Positions 10,952-23,562 of a stretch of 35,778 nt of DNA are shown here, piece after piece (positions within the stretch are counted from its first letter, which is position 1; each line of letters begins with the position of its first letter). The notes under the pieces were generated by a model. It did not search any database and had not been told where the DNA came from. It worked only from the letters and a program-made list of their open reading frames with translations. Source of the stretch: Patellaria atrata CBS 101060 (lineage: Eukaryota). Where the stretch lies: the NCBI GenBank assembly GCA_010093705.1, contig MU006097.1, positions 755,905 through 791,682 on the forward strand, in the 5' to 3' direction. Made by a program: the position numbers and the translations under genes.

Positions 10952-11782
10952 GGCATTCAAGGGGTGAATATGGCGTTTGGGTTTTAGTTTGGTATGATTC
11001 ATAGTAACGGGATGCATAGGGGTAAGGGGGGCTGGGAGGGAACTTCTGGCGCTGTGGTCTAAATTGAGCTACTATGGTCCTATATCTCCTCAAGGGTATA
11101 TCAGGACTTTGGAATCTCCCGACCAGATGGACGAGTCTATTGTTCATCTACTCTTCCTGTAATCTTAGGAATTTGGGATTAGGAATCTCACGCTCCTCTC
11201 TGAGCAATAGATCATTGACATATCTACCATTTACTTAGTACAGATTCAGATACAACAGAATGGAAGCCCAGTTGGGTGTGTAAGGTAATCCTGAATGTAC
11301 CGGTAAACTAGCATATAAACACAATACAGTACGGTTGTTTTACACGTGTAACGGTATTTTAGGCATTGTTTAACCAACTAAGATCTCCATGAAAATCTCG
11401 AAGATCCATGTGCCATATGAATTTTTGATGTGAAGTTCAGTTTCCCGCCTCATTACCTTATTGTAGGTTGTGACAACTTAAGGTTACCTTAAGGGGAGCA
11501 TGAATGTGGCCCCTGCTCAAGGCATATCTTGGCATTCGAGGGGTGCGTGCGCTGGCTTGTTTAGGTACTTCTGTACCCCTCCTGTGTCTCGACTGTTGCA
11601 CCAAGATCAAAATTCACACCTTTTCTAGAAATCGAGCACTTCGCTTTCCATCTGCTATTTTCCTCCACCAAGACTATATCGCTTGTGACTCCGAGCACAG
11701 ACCTTAACCACGCATAAAACTCCTGCAGCTATTTGAAACCCCACCTTCGAACTTTCGACAGACTCTCTCTCCCCAAACAAAC

Positions 11783-12727
11783 ATGGCCGACAACCAGCCC
11801 AAGCCAGATCTTTCTGCCGACCAGACTGCCTCTTCGGAACCTAGGGTTGCTGAAGATGAGACCAAGAAGGTTACCACCGATGTCACGGAGGATACTTCGA
11901 AACCTGGAGAGGATAAGCCCACTGAGGAAAAGCCTGCCACCTACACTGAGACGGCCGTGAACGCTGCTACAACGGTAAAGGAGAATGTTTTTTCGATGTT
12001 CGGGGGTGGACCAAAGAAGGAAAAGAAGGTTGAGGAGGATGATGTCGATGAGCCCTCGGGGTCATCGAAGGCTAAGAAAGCTGAAGAAGTGAGTTAAACA
12101 AGCATGGGAGAAAATGATTATACTGGAACAGGATTAACAGTTAATGACTAGGATGACGAGAAAGCTCCTGAAGAAGAAGCCGATGTCCATTTTGAACCCG
12201 TCGTCCGTTTGACTGAGAAGGTTGAGACAAAGACCAACGAAGAGTTGGAGGAACAAGTCTTCAAGATGCGAGCGAAGTTGTTCAAGTTCGACCGCGAGTC
12301 AAGGGAATGGAAGGAGCGTGGTACTGGCGATGTCAGACTTTTGAAGCACAAGGAGAATGGGAAGACTCGTTTGGTTATGAGGAGAGATAAGACCCTCAAA
12401 GTCTGCGCCAATCACTACGGTAAAGCATCATGGTCCCGATATATCTCTTATACTAACCTCTATCCTAGTGGTTCCCGACATGAAGCTCTCTCCAAATGTT
12501 GGTAGCGATCGTAGTTGGGTTTGGAACGCCGCTGCCGATGTTAGTGAAGGGGAACCAGAGGCCCAGACACTTGCCATTCGTTTCGCTAATAGCGAGAGTA
12601 AGTCTACACGCTCCGGTCAGGTTTCGCTCAATAGCTAATCGTCTATATAGACGCCAATCTTTTCAAAGAAGCCTTCATCAAGGCACAGCAAGAGAACGAG
12701 ACACTCTTCAACAAGTCATCAGAGTAG
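11783..12727 (+). CDS. YRB1: Ran-binding protein 1 (RanBP1/Yrb1), 259 aa
   Basis: join(11783..12088,12152..12419,12469..12597,12651..12727) = 780 nt in frame. RanBD motifs [69 protein letters not shown]-terminal VFSMFGG. Confidence 0.97.
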
Positions 12728-13441
12728 ACATTCTCACCAGGTCCCCCTTATGTAAAAGAAGTTGCACATATCTTCAACGGAGATTGGTTGGCTGTTTCTC
12801 ACAATACCCCTTTCCCCATCTCTTAATCACTACATCTGCGAGACTCGAGAGTCGCTCATTTCAAATTACCCATTTGGGCCAAGTAGCTCGCAACCTTTAC
12901 CTCTTCACCGTTCACACATCCTCCCATCTGTGTATTGCGCGCGGTTAGCACAGGGTGGAAATTCATTAGTTGGCCATAGACGAATTACTGAAAACATGTA
13001 ACTAGACCATCCATTAAATGAAAATCTTGTCGATGTAATGAACCCTGAGACGAAGAAATGCTGTATCGTGCCGTGTCGGCAAGAGTATTGACATGTTAGA
13101 TGTGAAAAATGATCATAGAAGATGCTGAACAGATCATAATCATAGAATTAACTGGACAATTGGTTGGCATACCGTTGTTCCCGTGGGTGAAGGCTCAACT
13201 GTCCCCACAACTCATCGGCGCGAATCATCCCCACTCTGCACACACACCCAGCCACTTCAGTTGCGCTTTTGACCTCAGTATAGAACGCGCCGCGAATTGT
13301 TTCCGAACCTTTTTCACGCCGTTTCTCTCTACCATTCCTTTTCCTTACGCGGAGTACGCTACTGAAAATTATTTTAACTTCCATCTAACAGATCCCCCAA
13401 TCTCCTACTCCACTCCTTGAATTGAAGCAAAGCTCGCAACG

Positions 13442-14522
13442 ATGCCCGACGTGAGATATCTCCAACATTCATCATCGACTATTTTACTAATGCTATATTC
13501 TAGATAAAGCGCCAGATCAAATTTATCACGAAACAGGCTGTCTTGTGAGTGCGCGCACAATCATTCACACTTATTCAAACCGCGATCTTCCCACAGCTGT
13601 TCAGTTTGATACCGTACCTAACTGATCCCTCAGAGAAAATAAGTCCTCGGGCGTAGAGGGATTTCCACTCCGCGGATGGAGTGTTGAGATTGCGCTCTTG
13701 ACCGAGGATGGGCAGGATGTCCCTGCTACCTGTTTCGATAAAGTCATTTATAAACTACATCCCTCGTTCGAGAAGCGTGCAAACCAAAGTACGTGGATAT
13801 GTTTACTATTACCCCAAGCTCCCTCGACTGATAAAAATTGCAATATAGCTTTCAAGAAACCGCCGTTCAAGCTCCAGGAAGAGGGATGGGGTGAGTTTGA
13901 CATGCAGATAGAGGTGTTTCCGCTTGGAGGGGGAAAGTCTAGCGGGATTGAGTTCACGCATGATCTCAACTTCCAGAAGGAGAGATACGAGGCAGTACAC
14001 AGCATTGTAAGGGCAATTATGAGTCTAGCAGTAAGAGTGCGCCCGAGCTGACGACCAGTTTAGACGTTTCGTAACCCCAAACCCGACCTCGTCGCAATCC
14101 TCAAGGAATCCGGCGGCGGTGGTGATGAGAACGGCGTGAAAAAGGGCGCAGACTCCGCACGAAAGAAGTCACGGAAGGACAAAAATGTAGGTAGTCATAA
14201 TCACTGAGAGCGAATGGGATAACTGATCTTCGTCTAGGTTGATATGGAGAAGCTAGCAGATGGACTACAGAAATTGAGCGAAGATGATCTCCTCCAGGTT
14301 GTACAAATGGTCCATGACAACAAGAGCAGTGAAACCTATACGAAGAACGACGTAGAAAGTAAGTTTCCCCAACCATTCTTTGATACGTTTCTCCCTTCCT
14401 CCCCGACACAACAATGCCAACAAAATACCGCAGATGGTGAATTCCATGTCGACCTCTACACCCTACCAGACCAACTCGTGAAAATGCTCTGGGACTTCAC
14501 CGTGGAGAAGGGTCATCTATAA
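13442..14522 (+). CDS. TAF14: YEATS/ET-domain transcription and chromatin factor Taf14 (Tfg3), 231 aa
   Basis: join(13442..13450,13504..13544,13634..13788,13849..14006,14064..14186,14238..14358,14434..14522) = 696 nt in frame. YEATS motifs YKLHPSF, PPFKLQEEGWGEF, HDLNF; ET domain VDMEKLADGLQKLSEDDLLQVVQMV..GEFHVDLYTLPD. Confidence 0.95.
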
Positions 14523-15239
14523 TAGTGGAGTGAACAGCTCTGATACACCCCTACTTTGGCCTAGCATAAATTGTCACGCGCTTTGATACCCATGGGTTCG
14601 AGTACTTGCATCCGATATGCAGTTTCTTTGCTACATGCGGCTCTCTCTCCAACGGAAGCTGCACAACATCAAAAAACCTCTATAGTACCGTCATCTCCCA
14701 ACATATGTCTTCTTGGCTCGGAGGGGGTTAATTTAGGCGCAATGGATACCTCAAATGCTGATTTTGTTATTTTATCTGAAAGGGTATCTTCTTTTGGCCT
14801 GTGTGACCCTCAGCGTTGGAGTTCTACGGGACAAAATGGCTGGGTTTCATCTGGTACTGGGGAAGATATGAATGAATGATCTATTTCAGTCCTAACTGCT
14901 GCCGATAACTTAAGCCTTGCCTTCCATGTCTCGCTAGATGCTGTGATGTGCGGCTTGACTAAACAGTGTTTCCTCGTACGTTGACGGTCTTGCCGTTTCT
15001 CGGCTTGTCTAACGGACGATCTCAACATACCGAGTCCCTTTTCCGTAGAGTATCGTGGGCGCAACCAGGCATACGGATTTACTAGGAATCCTTTCATATC
15101 TTCCAGCGCGGAACATATCACATCCGCCGCCCACTCTCTTATAAACCGAGATCTAGCCGGGATACGTTTGGCACATATCCTCTCCTAAGGAAAACTCGGA
15201 CTACCAACCTATTCTCACATTCCAAACCTCGCCATCCTC

Positions 15240-15791
15240 TCAACCATCCTCCCCCTCCCCATCCCCAAACGACAACACAACCTTCGACCTCCCCTTCTTC
15301 ACCTTCTTCTTCACCTTCTTATCCTCCCCCCTCCCCTCCCCGTCTTTCTTCCCCACTTCCCGTCCATCCTCTGCTCCCTCCCCATCCGACCCCACCCCAA
15401 CGACCTTCCCGACCTTCCGTTTCCGACTACCCCCAATCTCAGCGGGCGCGGCTTTCCTTTTCGTCCCCACTTCCACCTCTACCTCCACTGCGTCTTTTCT
15501 CTCAATCCCCTCCCCTTCCCCCACTTTCCCCACTCCGCCTTTTTCACCCTCAGGCTTCCCAGCAACCATCCCCTCGAACGCCTCCCTACTCACCGTTTCA
15601 CCGTTCTCGGTGAGGTAAGTAGGCGCGTCCTCGTCTTCTTCGGCGGCGGTCTTGGGACGGCGGGGGCGGAGAGGGTTGGGAGCGGAGTTTGAGGGGGAAG
15701 AAGAGTTTGAGGAGGAGAGTTGGTGGAGGCGTTGGAGGAAGGGGGGGAGGCTGGAGTTGAAGGTTAGGTCTGAGGGTTTGAGGGGGGGCAT
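15240..15791 (-). CDS. Small charged low-complexity protein, DUF4604-like, 183 aa
   Basis: Intronless ORF with N-terminal LTFNSSLPPFLQRL, central EDEDAPTY..GETVSREAF and C-terminal KKKVKK..VVLSFGD, which I recognise as the DUF4604 pattern; A-rich leader upstream. Confidence 0.75.
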   Translation of the reverse strand: MPPLKPSDLTFNSSLPPFLQRLHQLSSSNSSSPSNSAPNPLRPRRPKTAAEEDEDAPTYLTENGETVSREAFEGMVAGKPEGEKGGVGKVGEGEGIERKDAVEVEVEVGTKRKAAPAEIGGSRKRKVGKVVGVGSDGEGAEDGREVGKKDGEGRGEDKKVKKKVKKGRSKVVLSFGDGEGEDG

Positions 15792-16887
15792 TTTGTTTTT
15801 TTCCTTTTTTGATTATGTCTCCCTAATTGGGGATTTGCCCTTAATTGGGCTCTTTTCTTCTTTTTTTTTCTTTTTCTTTTTTTAACTGTTGCACAGGTTG
15901 AGGTCACGTGGATGGGTCGGGATCGGTAGAGTGGAAGATATGGGGGGCTCGTGTTATGTTGCTCTACTAACGTAACTCAGGAGACTGATATCGCCTTTAT
16001 CTTCAATTCGTCTCTTAAGTCTTGAGTGTAGATCGATTTGAATTTCTGGTACAGCGGTGGTTGGGCGGAGGGAGCTTTGATGTTCTCAGGGGCGACTTCG
16101 AGCGTGGCAAGAATATGCGACTTGAGTGGATCACTGAAAGGGTCTTTTACTTGGCTGAAATGGAAGTCCCCTTTAAATATATCTCTGTATCTCAAAGGTT
16201 ATTGATAGTACGAAGAAAAGTATAGGTTTTCGGCATACTTTGCACCCGTCGGTCGAGGGAGATATAGGAAGCAAGATATGGTAGTCCCTTGTCAAAACAT
16301 TTGATATAATCTTCATATTCCCAATATTCATCCCTTTGGAGTTGAGATTCGAGATTGAGACTGTAACTTATCTATGATTTTGATAAGTGCAAAAACTGTA
16401 TTTGCTCTCTGAAAACGGGTAGGGGGTATTTCTGGGCGTGGTATTGCCTGCTTTGATCAGCGCAATTGGAACAACCTCCAATCTTCCCGACAAACTTCAA
16501 GTCTCCAAAGAATCTTCCAACTCAACCTCTACCCCCTCCCTCCTTCTCCATAGATATTTCAATCTGCTCCTCCCTAAACGAACCTCATTACGACCCGCAT
16601 TGACCGTGGAAGAACTTCTCGATACCCGTTCCTTAGGCCTTCCAAAAACCCGTGGGAATCTCCACAGCCGCTCGTTACCCCCAACTTTGGCCTCAAACAC
16701 TGTAACGGCTGCGGAGGACATACACATCTATACTCAAGGCCTGGGATACTGTCTACGTTTTGTCATTCCTTTCTGGCATCCCCATTGCACGTCCCCACCC
16801 TTGGTATCTGAGCGTCGATTCGCTCGCGACATTTTTTTCCCTCTCACCACCCGCCGAACGCGCCCTTGATTTCCACACACCGCAACC

Positions 16888-18659
16888 ATGGGCTTTGTAC
16901 AAAATCTAAAGAAACGATTACCTTACTCTAACAATACACCAACCTTGGAGGATGTACAGCAGAAAGCCAGCCGGATATCGTTATCTCCCCGGTTAGCTTT
17001 CTTCCGTCGCCGCATACGACTGAAAGGAAACTCCTCCATCTCCATTCCACTCGGCATCGTTGTTTTATTTCCATGCATCGTTATAATATTAATACTCATA
17101 CTCTTTGTGCGACACCCTTCGTCACCAGGAATTAGGCTTATGCCAGCCGGCTCACCACCTACGATAAGGTTGGTTTGGACAGCACGTATCTGACTTCATC
17201 AACGCGGTAGGCTAACAGTGAATGATATAGAAAAATTAGTGAAAAGTACGACAAGGTCTTCATACCAGGATGCATCGATCCACAACCAGAAGGTCCTCGG
17301 GCAAATGCTGCATTCGTCGTCTTAGCAAGAAATAAGGAGTTAGATGGTGTCATTCAGTCTATGAGGTCGATCGAGAGACACTTCAACAGATGGTTTCACT
17401 ATCCGTATGTATTTCTCAACGACGGTGACTTCGATGAGAACTTCAAGGCGACGGTAGCAAATTACTCGAGCTCGAAGGTCGAATTCGGCAAGATTGATGC
17501 AAGCATGTGGGGCTTCCCGGATTGGGTTGATAAAAATGTTGCGCAAGAGGGAATCAGAAAACAAGGAGATCAAGCCATTATGTACGGAGGCATGGAAAGC
17601 TACCATCATATGTGTCGATTCTACTCTGGGTACGATTTTCGTATGCACTTATGGGAAGACAGTCGATCTAATATACATGGTACAGATTCTTCTTTAAGCA
17701 TGAATTGCTACAGAAATACGAGTGGTATTGGAGATTGGAACCAGAAATCAAGTATTTTTGCGACATCACCTAGTAAGGCCCTGATCAATTCAATCACTCA
17801 ACGCGCAACTTACTTTTTTTTTCTTTTTTTCTTTAGTGATCCATTCCAAGCGATGATTGCAGCAAACAAGACCTACGGTTTTACTATTGCAGTCAAGGAA
17901 TTGAAGGAAACTGTTCCGAATATCTTCCGATATGCATCAGCTTACAAGCGCAAGAACAACCTGACATCTCAAGGTCTCTGGGAGATGTTTATCGAGAAAC
18001 CAGAAAACAAAGAACCAGAACTTCCCAAGGATGATCCAAAATACAAGAAGGCGCTACCGGAGGAGATAATGACCACCGAAGCAGGTACTGGATCCTTGCC
18101 CGAAATCGATCCCGAAGCTATGGAAGGCGAGAAATACAATATGTGCCATTTCTGGAGCAATTTCGAGATCGCCAAACTCTCATGGTTCAGGAGCAAAGAG
18201 TACAATGATTTCTTCGAGATGATGGACAGGAGTGGAGGATTTTGGATGGAGAGGGTAAGGCCTCATTTCAAGTCTTTCCTACGATGGCATACAATATACT
18301 AATATGAATTGACACAGTGGGGTGACGCTCCCATCCACTCCCTCGCCGCCGGTGCCCTTCTCGGTCCGAAAGATATCCACTACTTCCGCGACTTTGGCTA
18401 CCGACACACCACCATCCAGCATTGTCCCGCGAACGCGCCCGCGCGCCAGCGTCCTCACATCCCCTTCCTGGAACCCCAGATTGAAGACGAGAAGAAGCGG
18501 AAAGAGGAGGATGATTACTGGGCGGAGTGGGATACCGAGAAGGAGAATGGTGTCGGCTGCAGGTGTAGGTGCGATACAGATATTGTGGATGTAGAAGGAA
18601 AACAGGGGAGCTGTTTAGTGGAGTGGGTAGAGGTTGCTGGAGGCTGGAGCAGTCCATAG
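16888..18659 (+). CDS. KRE2/MNT1-family (GT15) alpha-1,2-mannosyltransferase, KTR5-like, 508 aa
   Basis: join(16888..17168,17231..17629,17686..17772,17837..18254,18318..18659) = 1527 nt in frame. Type II TM anchor, ANAAFVVLARNKEL, YPYVFLND, SYHHMCRFYSGFF, YWRLEP, CHFWSNFEIA, ERWGDAPIHS. Confidence 0.96.
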
Positions 18660-19399
18660 GCGCGTATAAATCAAGCTTCTTTTTCTTTTAGAGTTCTACT
18701 GCACGGGTAGTTTTGGGGGTTGTGGGGAAGATATATGTTTCTTGGACGATAATACCAGTTTTTCATGCATTCGTTTTCGTTACTATGGGAGTTTTCCTGG
18801 GGAATGTGGATTAGCACGAGCATTTCTCCGTTTTTTTTTTTTCCATTCGTTTCTTATTCAAAAAACAATCGTGGGAGTTGGGGTGAATTGCTTTCTTGTA
18901 TATTATATACATATTTTTTAGAGCATATGGAATGTCATGGTATACGCATCAAGAGGATTTTCATGGTAATCCGGCGAATGTGCTGTACTGTGCAATGATG
19001 TGATGGGTGCGGAGATCTCGAACCTCCGTTCCTGAGTGGGGAGCTTCTTTCACCTCCGTATAGTAACTATTTTTCACATTCCCTACCTCTACCTCTACTT
19101 TGTGCCGCACCAGTTGACCTAATTAAGTTTCTGAGTAAGAGACTGTAGGGGTTGTACGAATTGGATCTGAAGGAGATCAGGACTCGCATCATCAGGTTGA
19201 GACCACACCTCCCGCTCTTCCTCAACAATAAACCCATACCATCATACAGATATCAAAGGTACATCCAACACCCCTCCCAGTCCCTTCCCATAAACATAAA
19301 CTCACCCTCTCAGCAACCCCACCACATCGCCACCGACCTTCCCCCCCCCCCTTCGACATCAGCCCTCAAGATACCACTCCTCCATCCCCACCACCAACA

Positions 19400-20509
19400 A
19401 TGCCCTTCACGCCCTCAACCCACCCCGGCCTAATCCACCGCTACACCCGCCGCCTCATCGCCTTCGAATACTTCCCTCCCTCCTCCTCCTCCTCCCCCTC
19501 AAACCCAACCTCCGCCATCTCCCCAAACCCCCCATCTCTCCCCGTCGGCTCCCCCCCACCCCACCGCAACCTCCTCCTCTGGCTCGGCGGCCTCGGCGAC
19601 GGCCTCCTCACCGTCACCTACCCCTCCACCCTCGCCGCCGCGCTGCCGACGAACTGGACGCTGATCCAGCCGTTGTTAAGAAGTAGTTACCAGGGCTGGG
19701 GGACCGGGAGTCTGGAAGGGGACGTGGAGGATTTGGAAAAGTGCGTTGGGTATCTACGTGGGGTTTATGGAAGGTGCAGGGTTGTTGTTATGGGACACTC
19801 GACGGGATGTCAGGTCGGCCTCAGATACTGCATGTCACTCGCTCGTTCTGCCGAGGGAAAGGGGGAAGGGCCTCACACGCAGGACGAGGGGGATAAGGAG
19901 AACCACATCCAAGCACTCATCCTCCAAGCCCCCGTCTCCGACCGCGAAGCCCTCCTCCTCCTCCAAGGCCCCACCGCCTACACCGGCAGCATCCAGCTCG
20001 CCCAACGCTTCATCCACGACGGTAGGCCGCACGACTGTCTCCCCACCTCCGCCACCGCGGGCTTCTTCCCGACCCCCGTCTCCGCGACCCGCTGGCTCTC
20101 CCTCGCCTCCCCGCCCCCCGACCACACCGGCGCCGACGATCTGTTCTCCTCTGATTTCTCGAAGGAGCGGTTGCGGGGCACGTTTGGGAGACTCGCGCGC
20201 TTGCGCCCGCGGGTCCCGGTTTGTGTGTTGTATAGTGGGGAGGATGAGTTTGTGCCGCGGGAGGTGGATAAAGTGGCGTTGGTGGGGCGGTGGGAGGAGG
20301 TTGTTAGGGAGGCGGGGGGGGGGTGGGATGGGGTGAACGGAGGCGTCGTGGAGGGGGCGAGTCATAATATGGAGACGGATGGGGAAGGGGTGGTGGCGGA
20401 ATTGGTTAGGAGGACGGTGGGGTTTTTGGAGAGGGTGGAGAGGGGGGGTTGGGGGGGTGAGGATGGAGATCGAGATGGAGATCGAGATGGGGGGAGGGAG
20501 AGGTTGTGA
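19400..20509 (+). CDS. DUF1749/UPF0613 alpha/beta hydrolase (SidJ-like esterase family), 369 aa
   Basis: Intronless ORF with LLWLGGLGDGL, SSYQGWGTGSL..DVEDL, nucleophile motif MGHSTGCQ, ILQAPVSDREA, DDLFSSD, YSGEDEFVP, VVEGASH. Confidence 0.9.
   Translation: MPFTPSTHPGLIHRYTRRLIAFEYFPPSSSSSPSNPTSAISPNPPSLPVGSPPPHRNLLLWLGGLGDGLLTVTYPSTLAAALPTNWTLIQPLLRSSYQGWGTGSLEGDVEDLEKCVGYLRGVYGRCRVVVMGHSTGCQVGLRYCMSLARSAEGKGEGPHTQDEGDKENHIQALILQAPVSDREALLLLQGPTAYTGSIQLAQRFIHDGRPHDCLPTSATAGFFPTPVSATRWLSLASPPPDHTGADDLFSSDFSKERLRGTFGRLARLRPRVPVCVLYSGEDEFVPREVDKVALVGRWEEVVREAGGGWDGVNGGVVEGASHNMETDGEGVVAELVRRTVGFLERVERGGWGGEDGDRDGDRDGGRERL
20461..20490 (+). repeat. 12-bp tandem repeat GATGGAGATCGA, about 2.5 copies, in coding sequence
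   Basis: Seen directly; encodes DGDRDGDRDG at the C-terminus of the DUF1749 protein. Confidence 0.85.
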
Positions 20510-21110
20510 GGTCGGGTGTAGCTGGGACGAGATTGTGCTTTTGAGGCGGGAAGGGTTGAGAGGATCGAAAGGGTCGAGTGTACGGTACAGTGGAGTAGAG
20601 TGGTATAAAGTATATCTATCACAAGTACAGGACAGGATAACTACCTGGCCTCCTGTCACGGTTCGCATCCATCTGCACAGCTCACTCCCCGTTCGACCAT
20701 CGCCGTATCCCCTCTTCCACTACACCTCCGATCAATCTGTACTCGAAGTACTCTCGGCACTATTCTGTCTTTTCTCCTCACTTATTTAAGGGATCGTCTT
20801 TAAACTTCTTGATACTGAGCAAGTATATATCCACTCTTGACCTCTTTATCATTCTTCTTACACCTAGCCTCGCGTCTTGCTATACAGCGGAGTCAAACGG
20901 TATTTGAAGAAGTGAGCGTACGTAAACGAGGCATACACCTCAAGGAAAGATATGGGAGTTTCTGTACTGTATAAAGGGGATATCTATTTTTCAAATCGGC
21001 GAAAATATCTACCTAAACGCCAGAGAAAACCTCATTCGTACTCGTGGCAATCCAAACCAAGATCCTCCAAAGAATCCTCAACCTAACGCTTCAAAGTCCC
21101 ACATATCCCC

Positions 21111-23562
21111 TCAAAGCGGAGGCAACGTTTCCCTACAAACAGGACACTGCAACCGATACCTCATCCAGCCCTCCAAGCAATTCGTATGAAAGATGTGTCT
21201 GCAAGGCGTAACCATATATGCGCGTCTCGCCAGCAATCCCACCCTGGCCGCGCTCTCTTCCTCTCCAGTCTCCACAACCAGCACTTCAAGATTCTGCATG
21301 CAGATTGCACAATCGAAGTTTCGTTTCCCGCTGTCCGTTGGCGACTTCGCAGTCTCGGGGGACTGCGGATCCGCAGTTTTGACGCCGATGGGCATGTTTC
21401 CATCCTCCATGTCATCCTTGAGGACGGGGTGGTAATCATACGCCTGCGGTAACCAGGTCGATGGGATGCAGAATCTTGGCCCGATGACTGATTGTGCAGC
21501 CAGCAGAACGACCTGGAGACTAACCCAGCTGCACAGGAACATGAGCAGTCCTCGCTGCGGAGATGTTTGGAATATGTTATCTTGCATGCCGAGAAGGTAG
21601 AAGAACGGTAGCAATCGTAACACGCTCTGGCCTATCACAAACTCCCATCTTAAAGCTCTACGGCAGTTACGAACCGTGTTGCGGAAGAGTTGCGGGACCC
21701 AGAAGGAGAGGTACATGGTGCTGATCAAGGCTAGGTAAAGAAGACCTGCAGGAGGAGGCCAACTAGACGCATTTATAGAGAGGAAGATGAGAACAAAGAG
21801 GAGAAAGTAGAAGCGGGAGAAAAAGGAGCCAAATTCCCGACGGGAGGGGGTCGTGTTGTTAGTTTGTGTTGCGGTAGTTGTGGTAGTTGCCGGATCCTCA
21901 TCTTGATCAGGGGGAAGGATTACAGGGGTGGCGCCGTCAGTACGAGCTGTGGCAGGAAGGGGGAGACCAGGAGAAGAAGATCGATTTGTATTTGCAGGCT
22001 GAGGTGCGGCTTGAGGGTTAGGTTGCGTACGGGTAGCGTTTGGCGGCTGTCTACGCCTTCGTTCGGGGGATTGGACAATCCAAATGTCCACCATGAAACG
22101 AATGTTCAGTTGGTTGACAGCGATAAACGCAAAGAAAGAGACAATGAGTAGGGCAAGATAAATCGGCCCGTAGAGCATACTACCAGTCAGGAACGCGATT
22201 TGAGCAGCGCCATCACCCATGTTGAGCATAGCAATTGTATAAAAGCTCACACGGCTGCGAGTAGACGGTGTAGAGGTTTCTTTGCATTGGCGGAGCATGA
22301 GCCATACTTGGGCCGCGGAAACCATGCCGTAGAGGAGAACCACTTCCCGTTGGCGTTCCACAAATACTTCTTCTTTTAGGCCTTCAAGATGTTTTCCATC
22401 TTGAGATGTGTAGTCTGGAGGGCCTTTAGACTCTAAGGCGAACCCACAGTCTGGGGAGAACATTGTCATGTAAAATCGTAGGGGAGGCAATGGCGAATGA
22501 GAAAATCCTTTGGGATGCCTCAGATCTTCCTCATAGAAAGCCAAAGCTTTCTGTTTATCGCCACCGGATAAAGGACTAGCAGGTACATTTTCGGCAGGAA
22601 ATTGTTGCAAATATAAGACAAATTCACAATGAGGTAAGGGGAAGAGGCTCTCTCCTGGATGGTCTGGAGTTGAAGCCCAGGGGTTAGTTGAACCATCGAG
22701 TCGAGTCTCCCGATGTGCAATCTTTTCAGTCAAAGTCTTGTTAAGAAGTGATTTTGACAATTCGAATTCTTTATTATCCAGTGCCAAGTGAGGTAATCCA
22801 AAGATTCCCGCAAATCTGGTATATTAGTCAGAACTGAAGCATCAATGCTTGGACGACCACTTACTTTTCGCTAGTTGATGTAAGTATCAAGCCACCAGTT
22901 TCAGCGAAATGTACTCCGTGCAGTGTTATGGCCCAGCCTTCTCCAGATGATAGTTCATCGTAGATAGTTAGGCGGGCATTTACCTCGCGGACTGTACGGT
23001 CGAGATTTGTGACTGACGCTCCTTTTTCCGAAATCAACAAGCCTATTTCACCGCTTTCCCCAGTAATATTCCATTGATATTTATTACTAGAGTATGTACC
23101 CTCTGGTAAGACAGCGGAAAGGTTAATACTCGGCTGGACATAGTCCTTCTCAAGGTTTGATCGAACCCAGTTGCCCAGAGTGTATCCAGTCACATTTTGA
23201 TATAGCGGTTGGTCCTCACCTGGTTCCCCAAAGGCTAAATCTCCATCTGATATCTTCAAAGTTCTTAAACGGCCGTTGAAAGCTTTCTTTTTGACTTTCT
23301 CAAAGAAATCCCCGGGACCGGCTAACCAGGCATATCCCGCATCTTCATGGAAGCCAGTGAGGTTCAACTTCTTTCCATGCTGTGGAATAAAGTCACCGTA
23401 GCGGGACTCATTTAAAACATTGAGAGAGGCACGTTCGCGCTCGATAGTATGAGAGAAGGTAAACCGCTGATGGCTCGAGGCTGCCACTGGAGGTTCGTTC
23501 GGGGCGGCCCATAACAGAAAAAATAGTATGAGGAAGGGAAGTGCAAGGCGCGCGTTCGCCAT
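21111..23562 (-). CDS. TUL1: Transmembrane RING-H2 E3 ubiquitin ligase of the Dsc complex (Tul1/Dsc1/DscA), 800 aa
   Basis: complement(join(21111..22815,22865..23562)) = 2403 nt in frame. Signal peptide, TSEKFAGIFGLPH across the splice, FSPDCGFALESKG, TSTPSTRSRVSFYTI, several TMs, SFWVPQ, AYDYHPVL, RING CAICM..TPCRHIFHTNCLEGWMRYRLQCPVCR. Confidence 0.95.

Noticed and set aside
15977..16300. 72-aa minus-strand ORF preceded by an intron-like GTATGC..ATACAG
   Set aside because: No splice phase gave an open frame with a start codon, and there is no recognisable motif.
17361..18302. 313-aa ORF reading through two introns of the GT15 gene
   Set aside because: It reads exon 3 out of frame and loses the conserved YWRLEP motif; the spliced model restores it.
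19746..20789. Long overlapping and antisense ORFs over GC-skewed genes (also 24963-25508, 26834-27343, 33671-34141)
   Set aside because: Shadow ORFs caused by stop-codon scarcity in high-GC sequence; low-complexity products.
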